Under the pieces are notes generated by a model. That model had not been told where the DNA came from, did not search any database, and saw nothing but the letters and a program-made list of their open reading frames with translations. 64,000 nucleotides of DNA, from NCBI GenBank assembly GCA_001662655.1, contig KV460212.1; one strand, 5' to 3'. Position numbers and translations under genes: made by a program. This stretch comes from Pseudogymnoascus verrucosus (lineage: Eukaryota). Positions 59,372 to 64,000 of the stretch are shown here, one piece after another (position 1 is the first letter of the stretch; the number at the start of each line of letters is the position of its first letter).

Positions 59372-61724
59372 TTACAAAAGCAGAGCGACAGCAGCAACAC
59401 CCATCAACAGGCTCACGCTAGCTCCAACCCTACCTCCAGAGCTAGCGAAAGCCGGGACGGTAGGCTGCACTGGAGTAATTGGCTTGGTAGGCTGCTCTGG
59501 AGTAACTGGCTTGATAGGTTGAACAGGGGCGGATGATTTGGTTGGGTTTGCAGGTCCTCCTGGACCAGCGGGTCCGGTAGGGCCAGCGGGTGCGGTCCCG
59601 TTGCCATTTCCGTATGGGGGAATCACAGAAGGAAGACCGGTGTAGGTTGGCAGGGAACCAACGGGGCAGACGGTGGTCGAAACTGGGTATACGGAGGTCA
59701 CAACAACGGTGGATGAAGCGGGGCAGTCGGTGACAGTCTGGGGGCACTTGGTAATTGTCACGACATTGGTGGCATACACAGTCGAGGTGGTGTACTCCTC
59801 AGACTCAGGGGTAGTGGTAGGGACAGGCGTGTAGGTTGGGTTGCCAGGGCACCAGGTCGTCAAGCTTGTGATCACCTCTGTCGTGACATGGCCAACCGGG
59901 CAGTTTGTCACAGTTGGCGCGCAGCTAGTGACGGTATACACGGAGGTAGTGACGATGGTGGAAGTGAGAGTAGGGTAATCTGTCGGGGCGGTCGTGGAAG
60001 AGTTGCTGTATGTCTTCGTCGACAGAGTGCTGACAGGAGGTGTGGGGGTAACGTCGTCGGTGGTCGCAGTGGAAGCGTCAGTGGTAGCAGTGGAAGCATC
60101 GGTGGTAGCAGTTGAAGCATCGGTGGTAGCAGTTGAAGCATCGGTGGTAGCAGTTGAACATTCGGTGGTCGCAGTGGAAGCGTCAGTGGTAGCAGTCGAA
60201 GCATCGGTGGTAGCAGTTGAAGCATCGGTGGTAGCAGTTGAAGCATCGGTGGTAGCAGTGGAAGCATCGGTGGTAGCAGTTGAAGCGTCAGTGGTAGCAG
60301 TTGAAGCGTCGGTCGAAGTTGACGCCGTGGTTGAAGTCGAAGTTGAAGCCGTGGTCGAAGTCGAAGTTGAAGCCNNNNNNNNNNNNNNNNNNNNNNNNNN
60401 NNNNNNNNNNNNNNNNNNNNNNNNNNNNNCCTTGGTCGACGTCGAAGTCGAAGCCTTGGTCGAAGTCGAAGTTGAAGCCTTGGTCGACGTCGAAGTCGAA
60501 GCCTTGGTTGAAGTCGAAGTTGAAGCCTTGGTCGAAGTTGAAGCCTTGGTCGAAGTTGAAGTTGAAGCCTTTGTGCTGCTAGCAACCGATTTTGGGCCAA
60601 GTTGGTAAACCTTGACTCCATTGAAAAGCCAGTATGCGTCCTTGTATTTGCTCGGGTTTGCGGCGACATAGGATGCACAGCTGGCGTATTTGGTTGGGTT
60701 GGACTTGTAGCAAGTAGTCGCTTGCCAGAAGACATCCTGGCCAGCATAATCACCACAGAAGGTCGTGTCGATGATCAGGTTGTGGTTCTTGAACTGTTTC
60801 GCAACATCGCAAGAGCCTCCAACGGTGGTGATGGTGGCCTTGCGCCATTTGGTCGGGTCTGGGTTTGCGCTCAATGCGTCGATACCATCGGCACTGAGGC
60901 GAGGGAAGTTCCAGACCTTAATAGTCGTTCCGGTCCATTCCTATAATAACTGTCAGTAGGAATCGGGAACCAATGTCTGTCCGTACTTACCAGCGCGTAG
61001 ATCCCACCACCAACGGAGTTGAAGCCGTCGCCATAGTTGTTGGTGGAGTCGGTACTGTCAACAGAGCAACCTTGGTTCTCCCACTGAGTTACATGGTCTG
61101 CGTAGTAGTTGGAGCAGTGCGAAGTAACTAAGCTTCCTCCCTGAGCAGCCTTGGAAAGGGTGCAGTCCGTAGTCCCTGTGTGCAGGGTGACGGCATTCTG
61201 CTTGGCCTCGCTGATATTCTCGATGATATCAATCTCACCATCATTTGGCCAGTTTTGCTGTCCGGAAGTCCAGAAGGCCGGCCACACACCACAGACGGAT
61301 GAGGGCATGTGGGCAATATCGGCGATGAAGAGGCCTCCATTATAGAGCTTCTTGCTTTCCACACGGACACTAGCCCTTCCGCGTTTGTTTAGGTCCGTAT
61401 AAACAGTCGTCGAGTCAACTCCCATGTATGCTTGTCCAAGTGCGTTGACACTGATCAACCCTTGGCTCTTTGCTTGACCCTGTGACTTGAAGTCGACGAA
61501 TCCATGGGTCGGGTCAACATCCTATCAATTTTCAGCATTGCACGATACGCGACACCAACAATACATACGTTAATGAAGTTGAACTGATCAAAGAAAGTCT
61601 GTCCCTGGTATACATCTGCAACCTTGTACTCGGTTGGTGTAACGACAGCTGCCGCTGCGGCGGATGATGTGAAAGCAGCCAAGGCGACGGCGCCGGCCTT
61701 GACAAAGACTGATGAAGGGGCCAT
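59372..61724 (-). CDS. GPI-anchored GH16 endo-1,3(4)-beta-glucanase (Lam16A/Eng2-like) with a Ser/Thr repeat stalk
   Basis: Exons 61724-61569, 61521-60991, 60940-59372 (spans the N gap). Signal peptide, then DPTHGFV, GRASVRVES, WPAFW, catalytic GEIDIIE and IDTTFCGDYAG, ending in a hydrophobic GPI-type C-terminus. Confidence 0.93.
60059..60571 (-). repeat. Coding tandem repeats: 12 x 21 bp (DASTATT) and about 24-bp (ASTSTSTK/T) units
   Basis: 60059-60310 is 12 units of 21 bp (one variant, ECSTATT). 60311-60571 holds 24/18-bp STSTSTKA units interrupted by the gap. Confidence 0.92.
60375..60429. other. Assembly gap (55 N)
   Basis: Run of n characters inside the GH16 repeat array. Confidence 0.99.
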
Positions 61725-63054
61725 AATATAAATTAAAATTCAAAACAAGAAGCGTAACGACTGTGGTATCGATGAATCGATAAAGGAGAGTTGACAAGCA
61801 GATCCCAAAAAGAGTGATGGGCGTTGAAGTCAAAAGCACTGCAGGATCAAGCTTTGAGAGAGAAGGGGCAGGCACACTATATGAGAGAACTCACCCTTCA
61901 GCCCCAGATGATGAATATTGACTGGGGCGTCTGTGCCTATCGTCGTCTTCCATGGGCATGAATACGAACCTGAGTGTTGGGTCCTTCAGCACGGAGTATA
62001 TCCGCCGTATCTCCATTTGCATAGGTATCATTGGCCCTCATGGGTAATACCAAGACCAAATGCTATCTTTTCTCTCGTACCTGGACCCCGTGGGGTTCAG
62101 GAACAGGTATGGTCCACGGGTAATGTGAATTTGCAAAGGTCGAGTCACGGTGAGAATAAACAGTCTAGTGGTGACAGAGTCCTGCTACGCCGCAAATGTG
62201 CATGAAGCAGGGTCCAGCCGGAAGCCGGATTGGCTTACAGATCAGTCTAGAATAGACACACACGACGAATTGTCATATAGCCTCATCTCGGACTTGTGGG
62301 ACTTGTGTTGGATGTCCTGGATTGGATAAGGCGTGGACCGAGCGTATATTGGGAATTATCGCTTCCACTCACAGGCCTCCAACATGCATATGGTGGCTGG
62401 GCTCCTGTCCATATACGGAAATTAGCCAATAATCGAGTTATGAAATGCAGGTACCTTTCATACTAACGATCGGAACAAGCTCCGCGGCGTCTTCCCGTCT
62501 TCCCACCACATGGAGACCAGGTCAGAGATCAGCTCTGATCAGCACACTTTGATCGAAGGTTCTTCTATTTAAGCTGCACCCTAAACACGCAGAGAGTAAC
62601 ACGTTTGTAGATCCGTAGGACAGAACAGACGCAAGACGCGGGGAACTGTGAAGTTCAAGCACCGCCCATATAAGATCAATAGTACTAGTAAAGAGGCAAA
62701 AGAAAAGCTTTATTGAGATATGGTGGGCCTGACATCCAGTAGTGCCCTGTCCTTGCCGCTGAGTGTAGCGCTGCCTAATTATACATACTCCGTTAGTTGG
62801 GATGGTTGGGGAAAGCAGAGGTCGCTTGGCTCTCCTTCTGGCTCCTTCGTCAGTTTTCCACTGTCAATGGTGGTATCACGTGACTACACATATAAACAGA
62901 GCAAACATAGCAAACTAGCCGTAGGTGTGTGTATCTCATGGAAGGTTCGACAACATCACCATAGAAATTATTGGGCGTGTTATATGCTCTAACACACATT
63001 GACACCTTCAATTTTTTTACTAAAACTACTCTAAAGACCCTTGAATACTTCAAG

Positions 63055-64000
63055 ATGCCTTTAGATTACAGTAAATGGGTATGTACTTAACTCCCATCTA
63101 AATCCGAAGCTTTATTCTCTACCCCACCAACCCCGCGTTGTCCAAGGCTGACCACCACCTCAGGATGCTCTCGAGCTGAGTGACGACTCGGACATCGAAG
63201 TTCACCCAAACGTGGACAAACGCTCCTTTATCCGCGCGAAGCAGAATCAAATCCACCAAGAGCGTGATCACCGCAAGCTCCAAATTGCCACATTTAAATA
63301 TGAGCGCATCATCAATGACGGTTTCCTCAAGCGTATTGAGGGGCTCCTCAAGGCTTTAGAATCCCACAAGTCTGAGGCCGAATCTCGTAATGCCGATGAA
63401 ATTATATTCCAATCTCTTATGGAATCAGCAGATCCAGACAATGATCAGCCCCCTGCAAGACCACAGGGTGTCCACACGGACGAGAAGGAGCTGCCTTCAT
63501 ACTCCAAAATGATTGCCACCCTCATCGACCAGGTTAAAGCCACAGTCGCAGAAAAGAACGTGGCCGACTCTAACAAGCTGCCCGCGTACCTTGAAGAAGT
63601 GAAGCAGCACAAGGCAAAAGTGGACGACCTACAGCGCCAACTCAATGAGAAACTCACGGAGCTCGAGCTCACCGATAGCAAGAAAATCACCAGCGAAAGC
63701 ATACACACCGGCTTCGACTCCTCTTCCGTCAACAAATCCAACCCTCCTCCACCTACAACAGCAAAACCCTCTGGTGCGAAACCAAGAGCCAAGAAAGTTG
63801 AAGTCCTGAATCCGCAAGCCCTTGACAAGACACCCAGCCGAGATTCCGGCGCAGACGCCGATGTCGACGAGCCTATAGCAGCAGCACCAGGTGACTCCTC
63901 CGACGATGAAGAACACCACGCTACTGAAATTGGCAAGAAATTTGCACGCATCAAGATGGGCGACTACCGCGCCTGCGTCAACTTCATCGGGGAGCATCCC
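63055..64000 (+). CDS. CDC37: Hsp90 co-chaperone Cdc37, 5' part (runs off the window)
   Basis: Exon 63055-63078, intron 63079-63163, exon 63164->64000. Product MPLDYSKWDALELSDDSDIEVHPNVDKRSFIRAKQNQIH is the conserved Cdc37 N-terminus. The ORF track misses this gene. Confidence 0.96.

Overview
This 64 kb window is eukaryotic DNA from a filamentous ascomycete (Pezizomycotina). The short GT-AG introns with CTRAC branch sites, the intron-containing tRNAs and the gene content suggest a Leotiomycete, possibly Pseudogymnoascus, though the genus is only a guess. I reconstructed about 25 mostly spliced housekeeping genes by hand: Trm732/THADA (3' part), MAPEG/MGST3, Sin1/Avo1, PRCC, an X-family Pol mu-like polymerase, a saccharopine-dehydrogenase-like oxidoreductase, RPL43, a RING-PHD protein, mL46, a PARN-like nuclease, Pex26, an Ecl1-family protein, Drs2 flippase, Rds3/PHF5A, CRIPT, a methionine-synthase-reductase-like flavoprotein, coronin, a nitroreductase, an Mdl1/ABCB10-type transporter, a GPI-anchored GH16, Cdc37 (5' part) and several uncharacterised ORFs. 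There are also two intron-containing tRNAs (Arg-TCT, Val-CAC), several mini- and microsatellites and one 55-nt assembly gap. I found no CRISPR array, intact transposon, rRNA or secondary-metabolite cluster. The most interesting signals are invisible in the ORF track: (1) an apparently spliced transcription unit at about 7.1-8.3 kb with a 23-nt microexon and only micro-ORFs; (2) a likely CUG-initiated N-terminal extension of the Ecl1 gene, with a uORF and a Gcn4/CPC-1 site upstream; (3) two more orphan intron-containing micro-ORF loci, one ending in a CaaX box; (4) a flavodoxin-less reductase with a CCGGGCC motif and an ATCTGATAA promoter element. All are sequence-based hypotheses. No database search or RNA evidence was available.
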